DNA from: the human T2T-CHM13v2.0 reference genome, Homo sapiens
Strand: one strand, 5' to 3'
Assembly: GCF_009914755.1 (NCBI RefSeq)
Contig: NC_060936.1
DNA length: 64,000 nt
A model generated the notes under the pieces. The model saw only the letters and a program-made list of their open reading frames with translations. It was not told where the DNA came from and ran no database searches. Every line of letters begins with the position of its first letter. The first letter of the stretch is position 1. Of the stretch, positions 1-11,810 are shown one piece after another. A program made the position numbers and the translations under genes.

Positions 1-1340
1 AAAAAAAAAAAACCTTTGAAAAAGAAGAACTGAAGTACTTAATTCCACCTGGTATTTATATTATCCTCAAGCACAGTAATGAACACAGTGTGGTACTGGT
101 GTCAAAATAAACAGATCAATGGAACAGAGTAGAATTCATCAACAGACCCACATATATACAAATAACTCATTTTTGATGAAGGTATAAAGGCAATTCATTG
201 GAAATAGGATAGTCTTTTCAACAAATGGTGCTGGCATAAGTGAATACCCATACAACCCCCCAGAAATGAACTTCAACCCATACCTTCACTGTATACAAAA
301 ATTAAGCCAAAATGAAACATAGAGCTAAATGTCAAACCTAAAACTATACATCTTCTAGAAGAAAATATGAGGCCTTGGGTTAGGCAAAGATCTCTTTATA
401 TGATATCAAAAGTATGGTTTATAAAATAAATAATTTATAAACCAGACATCATAAAAATTTAAAACGCCTTCTCTTCTAAAGACACTGTTAGAAACAGGAA
501 AAACAGTCCAGGTGCAGTGGCTCACGCCTGTAATCCCAGCACTTTGGGAGGCCAAGGCTGGAGGATCGCTTGAGCCCAGGAGTTTGAGATCAGCCTAGGC
601 AACATAGTGAGACCTCGTCTCTACCAAAAAAAAAAAAAGTTTTTAATTTTCCGGGCATGGTGGCACATGCCTATAGTCGCAGCTACTTTTGGGAGGCTGT
701 GGTGGGAAGATCATTTGAGCTCAGAAGGTCAAGGATGCAGTGAGCCGTGACTGCACCATTGCACTGCACCATTGCACTTCGGCCTGGGTGACAGAGTGAG
801 ATCCCATCTCAAAAAAAAGAAAAGGAAAATTACAAAACACAGAATGAAAAAAATAGTATTTGTAAAATGCATTTCTGATAAAGGACTTGTGTGTTAGAAT
901 ATATGAAGATACCTCGATAACAAAGGATAAACTACTGATACATGAAAACTATAAATGAAACTCTAAATAATTATGCTGTATCATAATTATCAACATACCA
1001 TATGATTCCATTTATATAATATTCTAAGAAACGCAAACTAAGGTATGGTGGTATCACAATTTTCATAATTATCAACACACTGTATGATTCCATCTATATA
1101 ATATTCTAAGAAAAACAAACTAGTTTAGTTTGCATTTAGCATAATTATTGATTGCACTGGGATGTGATGGCAGGAGTGAAGTTGGGAGGAAGGAATTAGA
1201 AAGAGACAGGAGTAACTGTTTTGGAAGTGATGGACATGTTTACTATCTCAATTGTGACAGTGGTTTCATGCGTATATACATATGTCAAAATTTATCAAAT
1301 TGTACACTTTAACTATGTGTGGTTTATTGTAAGTTAATGA
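1..1340 (+). mobile_element. Old L1M ORF2-end/3'UTR fragments interrupted by an Alu
   Basis: gtggtactgg, aacaaatggtgctgg and ttcaacccataccttcac L1 motifs. Confidence 0.75.
506..829 (+). mobile_element. Alu (AluJ-like)
   Basis: Dimeric Alu consensus with A tail. Confidence 0.93.
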
Positions 1341-3699
1341 GGAACCCAGTTCTCCAGTTCTTCACCTCCCACTTCTCAAGGTTGTATTCTACACATCCAT
1401 AATTCAGGCACTAAGGGGGACTTGATCATGAGGACAAAGAAGGAAAGGTAGCAAACAATTCAGCCAAAGAAGTCCATAAATCAACCCAAGGTTTGCTGAG
1501 CAGGAAGGAAAACAGGAAAGATAGAACCCAGCAGCTGACAGGAACAGTCACTGTGGAGAGCCCAGTCCAGAAAGAAACAGCTATGGGCCCAGCCCAAGCC
1601 CCTTCCCATATTCATGCTTCCTGCTCTTTCTCTATAAACCAAGCCAATGTTTAACTCTGGGCCCTGTGGTCAGCTGCTCCCACCTCCTTCCTCTGCCTCG
1701 TTGAGCTCCTTGGCAGCCTGCCAAGAGGGACAAAGTCCACACCTGCAAGGAGGGGCTACAGGCCCTAGAAGTGTGAGAGGGGTCGGGGTGGGAGGGAGCC
1801 AAGGGGGCCAGGTACGGACTGAGGAGTGCTGAAGGGCATTCTGCCTCTTCCCCTCCGCAGGTACCACCATCAAAAGATGAAGTTAGTCCTGGGGATGGGG
1901 GGTGGAGTTCACAGTAACCTGCACCCCCATATCATCCATACTAGTCTCCTCAAAAATTCTAAAATGTGCTGGCATTTTCTCCGTGAGATAGGAGAGACCA
2001 TATCCCCGTCCCAGAAAGCAATCACTCTCTTGGCCCCCCTTCTCAAAAGGAGCACGCTCTGTGGTGTCACTTGTAACGTTCCAGCCAATTTCTTACGGCA
2101 TAAACTGACGATCTTCCACTTGAGCAACAGAAGAGCGAGGAGCTTCCATGAGGAGTTATGTGCTGTCCTCGGCATGAGCCTGACCAACAGTGGGCCCTGA
2201 GTCATTAACTACACTTGGTAACACACTGTCACTCACTGCTAAATTAACCATTACTTTTATATGAACACACGAACAGTGCTTCTTATTTCTCTTTATTCTC
2301 TGCTATCTATAAACAGCACAGGGCTAATGGTTTTCCTTGCTGCCAAGGGAATCCTCTTTGTGTGGGCATCCCAGTGCACCTTCTTTACAGGCTGGAGCTG
2401 AGGGATCTTTCCCCTCCAGGCCCTTCTGAGAGGTCCTGCTGTGTGCCTCCTGTCGTGGCCTCACATGGGGACTCCAGTCCCAAGTTAATTCTGGGTGTTG
2501 AGCAACTTGGTCTGCCAGCAGCCAGGGTCCAGGCAGTTGGAGAGGTCTCAGCTGAAGGCCCGTGTTCTGAAGCACCCAGGACCTAGGTATGGGAAGACTG
2601 AGGCTCTGAAGAGGAGTTGGAGGGGACAGGGAGGAAGTCCTCGCAAAAGATGGTCTCCAGCTGGTGTCCTGAGACTAGTGGAAAACTTAAAAGGTTCTTG
2701 GCACGGGTAACTTCTGCCCCGAGTGAAATTTCAGCAACCTGGACTTAGAAATTAAGTGAAAATGTTGGCAGACGGTTTTTTCATCTGGGCTGAGATAGGC
2801 AGGAAGGTGATTTAAATTCCCCGCTGGCTATGGACAGTCCTATGACCAGAACCCTCTCCCGCTACCTTCTTCCCACATCACGCCTCCTGCGTTATCCAGC
2901 ATCTCCTCGTCCCATGACTGGAACTTTAACTGGGCAGGCCCTAGTAGAAAATCGTATTTGCTTTCCCTCCTGGCAGCTGAGGGTGGAGGGCTGGAGGAAT
3001 AGTTCAAATGTCAAGCTTCTTCAGCCGCCTCGCCAGCTCAGGGCCCCACCCCCGAGGAGTCTGGCCACTGGCACACTGTCACTGCTACGCAGGACTCACA
3101 TGGCCCCCTTCCGCCCAGAAGGGAAATACACAAGGAAGGGGTGGATTTTACCTACTCCCACATTTTGCCCCAATAACCCACATTTACTATTTCCAATTCC
3201 TTTCTCCCATCTCCCCCATTATCTTAAATCCATTTCAATCAGTCATTGTCCCCAGCCCTCCACTGTAACCGCTCTTATCATCAATGACTTCCCAGCTGCT
3301 AAAACCAACAATCAATTTCCTTTCCTCATCTTCTTAACCTATCTGCAGCCTTTGCTGCAGTTAATTTCTCCCTCCTCCCTGATAGAATTTCTTCACTCGA
3401 CTTTCCAAAACACTTCATTCTCTTGGTTTTCATCCTGCTTTACCAGTTTCTCATTTTCTGTCTCCTCTGCTGGTTTCCCATCTTCTCCCAGACCCACTAA
3501 AGGTCCTTACTTTCTTTTCTTATACCATCAAAATGCTAATGATCCCCAAATACACACCTCCAGCCAGATCTCTCTCACAAACCCCAAACTCACATTCTAT
3601 TGCCCAGTTGCCATTTCCACATGGACATCTGATAGATACCTCAACTCAACTTTCCCAAAATTCACCTCCTTACTTTCCCTTCAAAACCTGCTCCTCTGG

Positions 3700-3850
3700 G
3701 GCTAGGCACAGTGGCTTATGCCTGTAATCCCAGCACTTTGGGAGGCCGAGGTAGGCAGATCACTTGAGACCAGGAGTTTGAGACCAGCCTGGCCAACATG
3801 GCGAAACCCCCTCTCTATTAAAAACAACAACAACAACAAAACAAAACACA
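3700..3850 (+). mobile_element. Alu left monomer with (aac)n tail
   Basis: Alu left arm; TSD-like caaaacc(t)tgctcc on both sides. Confidence 0.9.
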
Positions 3851-4248
3851 AAACCTTGCTCCCTTCATGGCCTTCCACATCTCAGTGAATGGCAGCTCCT
3901 TCCTTCCAGTCACTCAGGTGAAAACTCTCGGATTGCTTAGATGGGTGCTAGCAGTGGAGGGGATGAGAAGTGGTCGGGTCCTGCACATCTCATCGCGGGG
4001 GCTCTAGTCCCAGGCATTCGGGTGCTGAGCTACTCGCTCTGCCAGCAACCAGGGTCCAGGGAGCTGGAGAGGTCCTGAAGCTCCCAGGACCTGGGTGTTT
4101 GGGTAGAGTCAAGAGCTATGAAAGGTGGAGGAAATTAAGGATGACTCCAAGATTTTTGCCTTATAACCAGTCAGCTTCTGCCTTCACTCCCCTATACTCA
4201 GTTCTCAACATACCAGCTAGAGAGATTATTTTAAAATGTAAGATGACT

Positions 4249-4530
4249 GTCCGGGCGCAGTGGCTCACGCCTGTAATCCCAGCACTTTGGGAGGCCAAGG
4301 TGGGCAGATCACCTGAAGTCAGGAGTTCGAGACCAGCCTGGCCAACATGGCAAAACCTCGTCTCAACTAAAAATACAGAAATTGGCCGCGCGTGTTGGCG
4401 CGCGCCTATAGTCCCAGCTACTGGGGAGGCTGAGGCGGGAGAATCACTTGAACCCAGTAGGTAGAGGTTGCAGTGAGCTGAGATTACGCCACTGCACTCC
4501 AGCCTGGGTGACAGAGCGAGACTCCATCTT
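4249..4530 (+). mobile_element. Alu (AluS-like), A tail degenerate
   Basis: Full dimer; diverged TSD aatgt(a/g)agat(g/t)actg. Confidence 0.93.
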
Positions 4531-7500
4531 GGAGGGGGCGGAAATAATGTGAGATTACTGCTGCCCAAAACCCTGCCCTGCATCTGAATGTCACTAGAGC
4601 AAAAGCTGAAGTCTGAGAGTGGCCAACCTGACATACCTGATCTGCCCCTCTCCCTGTCCCCAGCCCATTTACTTCCCTGACCTTATCTATTCACTTGCCC
4701 AGCTCCAGGCTTGAGTCCTCCTCAAACAAGCCAGCCAGACTCTTGCTTCGTTTCAACCTTTGTTTCCTCTGCCTAGAGGAAAGCACTTTCACCCAACCCC
4801 ATAATATCCACATGGCCAGTTCTCTCACTCCTGGCAAGGCTTTGCTCACATGCTCTCAATGACCACCCTTTTAAAAATTGCCACCACCCACACCCACACT
4901 CCTGATCCCCTTTACCCAGCTCTCCTTGTTCTTTTTCTATAGCACTCATTAATTTTGGAATGCTACCTAATTTACTCATTTATCCCATTTATTGTGTAGT
5001 GTCTGTCTCCCTCCTCTAGAATGTATGCCCTATGAGGACAGGGAATTGGTCCGTTTTGATTATAGATGTATCCCAACCACCTAGAACAGTTCCTGGCTTT
5101 TGCTACGTGCTCAGTAAGTATTTGCTGGTGAATGACACAGGCTCAGGGCTTGGCTGAGTATGCGCCGAGGCAATGGAAAGAGACTGGAAATTATAAAGCC
5201 AGTAGGATGAAGCAGGTGCCTGGGGGTGGATCAGCTGCAGGTCCTGGACAGCAGGGAGATTATTTACCCAGGAGATGGTGGAGGCGGGCATCCCTCTCAC
5301 TCACCTCCCTAAAAGCGTCCCTGTTGCTTCCGATTTCAGATGGGCTTCTTTGAATCACTTTCTCAGCTTCCCTGCCTTTTGACTACAGTTTTCAGCTGTT
5401 TGCCTTGTGTTCTATCATAGCCTTGCCTCAGCTCTGGAACTCATTTCAAATTAGATCTACCACATGTTGACGCTGGAAGAAACCAAAGAAGATGTCACTT
5501 ACATTTTTAGTTTGGAACTAAAATTGTGCTCTGAGGACTTCTTCATCCCTGAGCTTCTCACTAAACAAATACTACTACGAATCCAATTCCTTGATTGCCC
5601 TCCCCTCCCCGCCAAGCACAAGAGTGGCTACTTGGAGCTGTGAATTTAAAGAAAGGGCCCAGGAGCAGGCCAGTCGGGTACGTTACTAAAGGATGGCACA
5701 GCCTGGAGTATCCCAGCGTCCTTGCTCAGAACACTCTTCCCATGCCCAGGAGCCAAGGCCCCAGTCTGAGAATGGTGAGTTCAAATAAAAGCATTAAACC
5801 AGGAGGAAAGGGGTCCAACCAATCTACAGGGTCTCCATTCTCCCCAGCCTCCTTCCCACATCAGCAGCAAAGGGTCCTTTCAGGAAGAGGCAGCAGTCTC
5901 TTCTTTGGCAAAGAGACAGGAGAATGACAAGATGAAGTTTAAGGGCCCATTCTCTGTAGGAGTTTGCTTTGCGTGGGAGGTGAGAGGAGTTAACTGATGA
6001 CAGAAAGTTTAAACTGCTGAGAACACCAAAAAAAAAAAACAGAAAAATAGGCAGGTCCAGGTTCCTCTACTGACCACACACATCCTTGATCAGCCCGCTT
6101 ACCTTGGCAAAGGAGCCATTTCACTAACCCAGCCAGTGGTCCTGGGTGACTCGTGCCCTCCAGAGCAAACCTGGGCCCCTGCCTGCAGCTCCCCAGTCCC
6201 TCAGAACATTCCCCTCCAGCTGCTGTCATCCATCAGCGAATGGGGGCGAGGAGTGCTCAGGCCCTGTGCTTGATAAGGGAAGAAGTTACGGGTAGGTAGT
6301 GTAAGGGTTAAACAAAGAGAACTTGACTGGATGGCAGGACTCCCAAACATGTCAGGACTCTCCACCAGAATCAGAGTGCTGGAAGGCAGGCTCTACCCAG
6401 GGAGAAGGAGACCACAGCCGCCGCCCTGCTGCCTCCACCTCCCCACACAGGACCCACGTGAATGACCAAGGGCTGTGGGTACTCTGCGTTCCCACACAAG
6501 ACACAGTCAACACGTTCCAGACCCACACAGACTCACCACGCAGCCCTGGGACCAAACATTGCCAGACAAAGGACCGGGGAGAGTCCCTCATCCCCCACGT
6601 TCCAGTCACTGCTCCCCTCCACTTTCCCCTGTCAGCCCAGTGCTTTGCATTAGACCTGGAAGGCAATCTCTCCCACCTCTTCGTGCCATTCCTGCTAATT
6701 CCCAGGCCAACCTTTACCCAATTCCAGAGAGGCTTGGGGAAAGCTGCTCACCTCCTAATCTCTCTGCCATGTGAGGAGCTAAGCTGGTTACCAGGTTCCA
6801 GACCCAGAGTCCCAATGCCAGATTAGTCCCCCAGCCTCCAGCTTTCACCCTGGGCCAGCTCCGTCTCTCCTGATTCTCCAAAGGGAGGGTACTCAGGCCT
6901 AAATTCCTAAACAAGCACGTGGAGCGTTCGGCACTAGGTAAAAAGTGGGTAGACCTTCCCTCTTCCCTCACAGTGCAAACTGAGCAAAGTCCTATGATTT
7001 CAGGCCACTGGCCAGAAAGAAATTCCTAGGAGGAAGGGACACGACAGCCCATTTTCATCCCTCTGGAAACATTCAAGTTAACCTCCAACCCAGGGACAAT
7101 CCCCAGTTGCCACAGACCTGGGAACCAGACTCCATGGGCCCAGGGCATCTCTCGTGTTCTCCCCCAGTTCCCACACCTCCCCTCTGTATTGAATGCTTTC
7201 TCTCTCTAAAATCATTGTGAGACTCAAGCTGGATGCGTTCGGCAGCTCTTACTCACCTGCAAAAGGATAGGTGTTGCTTTAAAGGACCTCAAATCCTGTA
7301 GCCCATGAACTTATCACTCCTCTCATCATTTTCCCTGGTGACCTACCTCTGTATTCCACATTCCTCCAGTCCCGGCTGCAGTCTCACTACAAAATCAGAC
7401 CTGGGAGCCCCAATCCTACAAGCTTTACCCATAAGCAAGGAGATATTCCTAACCCACTGGTCACCCAGAACCCTCCAGTAGTTGGGAAATCCCTCTAGCT

Positions 7501-7796
7501 AGGGCTTCCCACAGAGATACAAAATTCCCTGACTGTGGGTTAGTGGTTGCAAAATTTCTGTCACTGCTGTGGGGATAGCAGAGTTACCCCAGGGGGCTGA
7601 AAGAGAGGGGAATGAGAAGCCAATGATGACACAGTAAAGAGCTGGAGGTCATGCTCCCCCTACAACATGCACACATTTGTGCTGCGAAATTTTTAAAAAG
7701 AGAGCCTATACTAGAAGGGGCTGGGTAATGGATGGCTTAGGGAGCCTCACCGTGCCAGCAAAGTAGGAAAAAGACACAAGACCAAGGCTGGGGAAC

Positions 7797-8276
7797 CTTA
7801 AGACCACAGAACAGTTTGGTTATCAACGTCATCATCAGCAGAGCTACTATTTATTACTTAAGACCACAGAACAGTTTGGTTATCAACGTCATCATCAGCA
7901 GAGCTACTATTTATTACTTAAGACCACAGAACAGTTTGGTTATCAACGTCATCATCAGCAGAGCTACTATTTATTACTTAAGACCACAGAACAGTTTGGT
8001 TATCAACATCATCATCAGCAGAGCTACTATTTATTACTTAAGACCACAGAACAGTTTGGTTATCAACGTCATCATCAGCAGAGCTACTACTTATTACTTA
8101 AGACCACAGAACAGTTTGGTTATCAACGTCATCATCAACAGAGCTACTACTTATTACTTAAGACCACAGAACAGTTTGGTTATCAACGTCATCATCAGCA
8201 GAGCTACTATTTATTACTTAAGACCACAGAACAGTTTGGTTATCAACGTCATCATCAGCAGAGCTACTATTTATTA
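7797..8276. repeat. Minisatellite/VNTR, 8 x 60 bp, in SLC6A13 intron 2
   Basis: Unit cttaagaccacagaacagtttggttatcaacgtcatcatcagcagagctactatttatta; variants only at 8008, 8090, 8138 and 8150. Confidence 0.99.
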
Positions 8277-8460
8277 AGTGCTTTACACACATTGTCTCTA
8301 ATCCTTACAATGACCTTGAAAGGCAGGCATTATTATCTCAATTTGCAGGAGCGGCAATTGATGCTCTGAGAGCTTAAGTAACTTGTCCAAGATCACACAG
8401 AGTGTTAAGTAGCAGAGCCAGAATCCAAACTCTCATCCACCTGGTTCCAGCTTGTGCTCA
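8277..8460 (-). mobile_element. MIR abutting the 60-bp VNTR
   Basis: agtgctttacacacattgtc...aagtaacttgtccaagatcacacag MIR core, reverse orientation. Confidence 0.8.
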
Positions 8461-8589
8461 TATTTCTACGATGCCACGTTATAATAGAAAGAGCCCTGGG
8501 ATAGTCACGTAACCTTTCTAGGTCTTAGTCTCTTACAGAGTGTCCTTAATGACCTCTAAGCGTCCTCCTACCTCCAGAATTCTATACAT

Positions 8590-8883
8590 CTATGGGACTC
8601 CCCAGAGGGGCCGTAAGTGCAGGAGATGGAAGTATCCTCCTTCCAGGAGTGGGTGGGGTGGCACAAGGGCTCTCATCTCACCTCCCCCATTTTTGTAGCA
8701 GAGATAGGGAAACCTCCAGACGTTGCCTAAGCCAATGATCTCCCCAGCCACTGACAGCACAAACTCCATCTTGTTGTTCCAGTGCCCCCGCTCCAGGGTG
8801 CCATCTTCCTCCTTCTTTTCCATGACTGGATACACTGGTTTTGTCTCTCCATTACTGGTTGTGCCTGAGACCCTGCTATCCAT
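8590..8883 (-). CDS. SLC6A13: Possible truncated SLC6A13 isoform from read-through of the exon 2 donor: 97 aa ending [30 protein letters not shown]
   Basis: Frame stays open into intron 2 until TAG at 8590; poly(A) signals begin 315 nt later. Confidence 0.55.
   Translation of the reverse strand: MDSRVSGTTSNGETKPVYPVMEKKEEDGTLERGHWNNKMEFVLSVAGEIIGLGNVWRFPYLCYKNGGGEMRALVPPHPLLEGGYFHLLHLRPLWGVP
8682..8883 (-). CDS. SLC6A13: SLC6A13 (GABA transporter GAT2) first coding exon (exon 2; exon begins at 8888), [16 protein letters not shown]...[17 protein letters not shown]
   Basis: SLC6 TM1 signature [18 protein letters not shown]; acceptor ttttccag|GTGGGATG; donor GAG|gtgaga; 202 coding nt. Confidence 0.97.
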
Positions 8884-9309
8884 CCCACCTGGAAAACAAG
8901 TGGGATGCTCTGTTACTGTTGGGAACCCCAGAAGGAAACCCCTCCTCCTGCTTTTACCAACAAATCCATAAGGGAATGAATGCACTGGAAGAGGTGAATT
9001 TCTATTCCCTTCCCTGTAGACCATGTCCTCCTTAGCAGTTCTCATTGGTAGAAGCTGGGTGACAGCTACTGAAAACATATATTCCTTTCCTGTTTCAGGA
9101 AGAAAGTGTTGGTACTGACAGACAGCCTTTGCTTCCACTATAAGGCCCTCTTGGGTTGAGGATTGCAGACATGGAGGAGTTCATGGGCCGCTGTGCTGTC
9201 TAAATTCTCCCTGCCACCCTACAGTCAGCCTCGTCGGGATTAGCATGTGCTTCAGTCTGTTTACTCTGTATGCTGGGACACGTTGAAAGGATGGGATTTT
9301 ACATGTCCT

Positions 9310-9750
9310 CAAAGCCACCAATTTCCCTTGCAGGAATTTATGCTAAGGAAATAATTGTGATTGTGAGTGAAAGGTGTAGCATTAGGATATTTATTGTTCA
9401 TAACAGCGAAAAATCGGAAAGTACATAAATTGTCAAAAATGGTAGATATGTTGATAAATTATGGCACATTCATATAATGGACTACTATATATAATCATTA
9501 AAACCTGTGTTATAGAAACAAGTATATCGGCACAAAAGGGTGCTCACAATATATAGTAAAAAACAGTACATACAATATGATCATGCTTGACAAATATTTT
9601 ATAAAGTATTTATAGGCATTGAAGGAGTAGGATAGCCATGAAAATGTTTTTCTTTCAGCAGTTGGGTTATAGGAACATTTCCTTATCTATATTTTCTACA
9701 ATTACATCAAAAATGTGTTTTACTTTTGTAATATAAAAATAAAAGCCGGT
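9310..9750 (+). mobile_element. Old L1M 3' fragment
   Basis: caatttcccttgcaggaatttatgctaaggaaataat L1M-type motif. Confidence 0.65.
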
Positions 9751-10049
9751 TTTAAAAAAAAATCCTGTCAAAGGATTGGGAGAGGTTGAGTGGGACCAGG
9801 AATTGTGAGTAAGATGAGGTGGTCTAAGTACTCCTTCTATGTCTCTCTGAAATCAGCGTAAGGCAGAGATTTACTATGCGCTCTTTTTCTTTTTTGGTGA
9901 TGACAAATTAGGAGTCTGTGACAGTAGAGAAGATGATATAAATAAAAAGCCACAGTTTTAACCATTCACTGTCAGAAATGGCCCATTCCAGACCACTGTT
10001 GGGATTGAGGATGACTGGACGTGGCCCACATTTAGTTAGCAACTACTAT

Positions 10050-10230
10050 AGACTAGGCACTTCACATACATTCTTTTCATTTAATTCTCACAACAACCCT
10101 GAGATGTAAGCATTATTACCTCCACTTTATAAATAAGGAAGTTGCAGCTCAGAGAGGTTAAATAATGTGACTGCTGCTGCCATATAGCTACTAACTTGCA
10201 CAGCCAGGACTTAAACCCACTCTGCCCCTG
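10050..10230 (-). mobile_element. MIR
   Basis: ttaattctcacaacaaccctgag...gctcagagaggttaa. Confidence 0.75.
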
Positions 10231-10468
10231 CTCTTTCAGTTCCATCCCTTTGATTACATTGGCTGCCTAGGTTCACTGGTGTGTCTACTAAAAGCATCTT
10301 CTAATGACTCTGCCTTGATTTTGCAGAGTGGCCTCTTTTCTGGAGAAGGAGGCAGATGGACTTTTTTCTAAGCCTCAAGCAAAGTTCATGTTAACAGAAC
10401 TTTCTCAGCAGTAACCTCTTCTGGCCACAGACTCTACTTTGGCTCTGACCCAGAAAATTAGAAAGTCA

Positions 10469-10834
<366 letters not shown>

Positions 10835-11074
10835 CTACAAAGGAGAAACTCAAGTAACTGGTCCCAAGAGGGCTCCTCAGTCCTTTTGGGAAGGTTGTCT
10901 AAGGTACTGACTGTGCTGGCCTCCCCTCCCTTTACCAGCTGATGGATCTCTCCCAGTGATGGAAAGCCTTCCCTTCTCCACCCTCCCAGACCCTAGGAGA
11001 AACAGTAGCCTTCTCCTGGCTCCCTTAGCCTCATTAGAGCTGCTTCTCAGAGGTAGCATGTTGTGTCTGAAAGG

Positions 11075-11290
11075 CCATGAGCTGTAGAGTCAGATGAGGC
11101 CAGGTTCAAACATTAGTTTTTTCTCATACCAATGTCTGACTTCAGAGAAGTTAATGAATGACTCTGAGCCTTAGTTTGTTCATCTGTAAAAGTGGGGATG
11201 ATAGATAGGATATACTTAGCTATAAGAATTAAATGAGGAAATATACATATGTATACACACTTAATAGAATAACAGGTACTCAAATTTTTG
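11075..11290 (+). mobile_element. MIR
   Basis: ctctgagccttagtttgttcatctgtaaaagtgggg core. Confidence 0.7.
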
Positions 11291-11619
11291 TTTTCTTTCA
11301 GTCCTGTCAGAGTTGATCATTGTTCTCTTTTCTCAGAGAAGAAAGACTTTGTTTTCTTGGAGTTAAATCCAGTTGTCTTTCCTCTCAATCTAGGGCTCTC
11401 TCTTTCCAAATCACAGTGTCACTTAAGTCAACAGCCACCCAAGTTTCAGAAAGTCAAGAAAATAGCACATAATCTTTGCATTTGCACACATACATGTCAG
11501 AAGCGTACTTTCTAGGCGAGGGTAAGAAAAAAGTCCTTTGGTTGTAAGTCCCATGGATCCCACCAACCTGCAGTCTGAGACGCAGAAATAGAAAAAAAAG
11601 AGAAGAAAACATTTCGAAC

Positions 11620-11667
11620 CTTAGTGAAGCTGCTGCCAGAGGTCCAGTCAGGGGAGAAGAATTATCT
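11620..11667 (-). other. SLC6A13: SLC6A13 non-coding exon 1 (TSS approximate)
   Basis: Donor CTAAG|gttcga at 11620/11619; TATA-like element ~30 nt upstream; splicing gives cactaagGTGGGATG. Confidence 0.75.
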
Positions 11668-11689
11668 AAGGGGGAAGGAGAAGGTGCTG

Positions 11690-11810
11690 GCTATTTAAAG
11701 TGTGGTTCCAGAACGCCTCTGTGGCACTTGAAATTCTAAACTTGGCCCAGCCCACATTCCACCCTTGTGCCTCCCCCTCCCCTTTTCTCCCCTCCCCTCC
11801 CCTCGGCCAC
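11690..11810 (-). promoter_or_regulatory. SLC6A13: SLC6A13 core promoter: TTTAAATA (11699-11692) and GGGGA-repeat tract (11770-11805)
   Basis: TATA-like box 32 nt from inferred TSS; G-run tract compatible with SP/MAZ binding or a G-quadruplex. Confidence 0.6.

Larger units (their letters stand above)
3200..5135 (+). mobile_element. L2 element interrupted by two Alus and an inverted internal segment (~3931-4161)
   Basis: L2 3' end ctagaatgta...cctagaacagttcctggc...gctcagtaagtatttgctggtgaatga; internal L2 motifs. Confidence 0.75.

Noticed and set aside
981-1122. ~60-bp imperfect duplication (period 82)
   Set aside because: Inside a decayed L1M; ordinary slippage
2353-2400. LCVGIPVHLL resembles SLC6 exon-3 CGIPVFLLE
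   Set aside because: Wrong strand, too short, and flanks do not match; SLC6A13 exon 3 is beyond the left edge of the window
2830-3705. 291-aa plus-strand ORF
   Set aside because: Mostly pyrimidine-rich L2-derived sequence running into an Alu; no domain or exon evidence
7797-8276. CRISPR-like array, or the 153-aa repeat ORF 7816..8277
   Set aside because: Units are head-to-tail with no unique spacers and no cas genes; the ORF has no ATG and is open only because the period is a multiple of 3
7797-8276. C/D-box snoRNA-like spacing (AUGAUGA of one unit to CUGA of the next, ~61 nt) on the sense strand
   Set aside because: No terminal stem, boxes overlap within a (UGA)n run, and no recognisable guide; likely chance
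8884-9138. 85-codon N-terminal extension of SLC6A13 in ORF 8590..9138
   Set aside because: Lies upstream of a good acceptor at 8888/8889 in intron 1 and has no SLC6-like features
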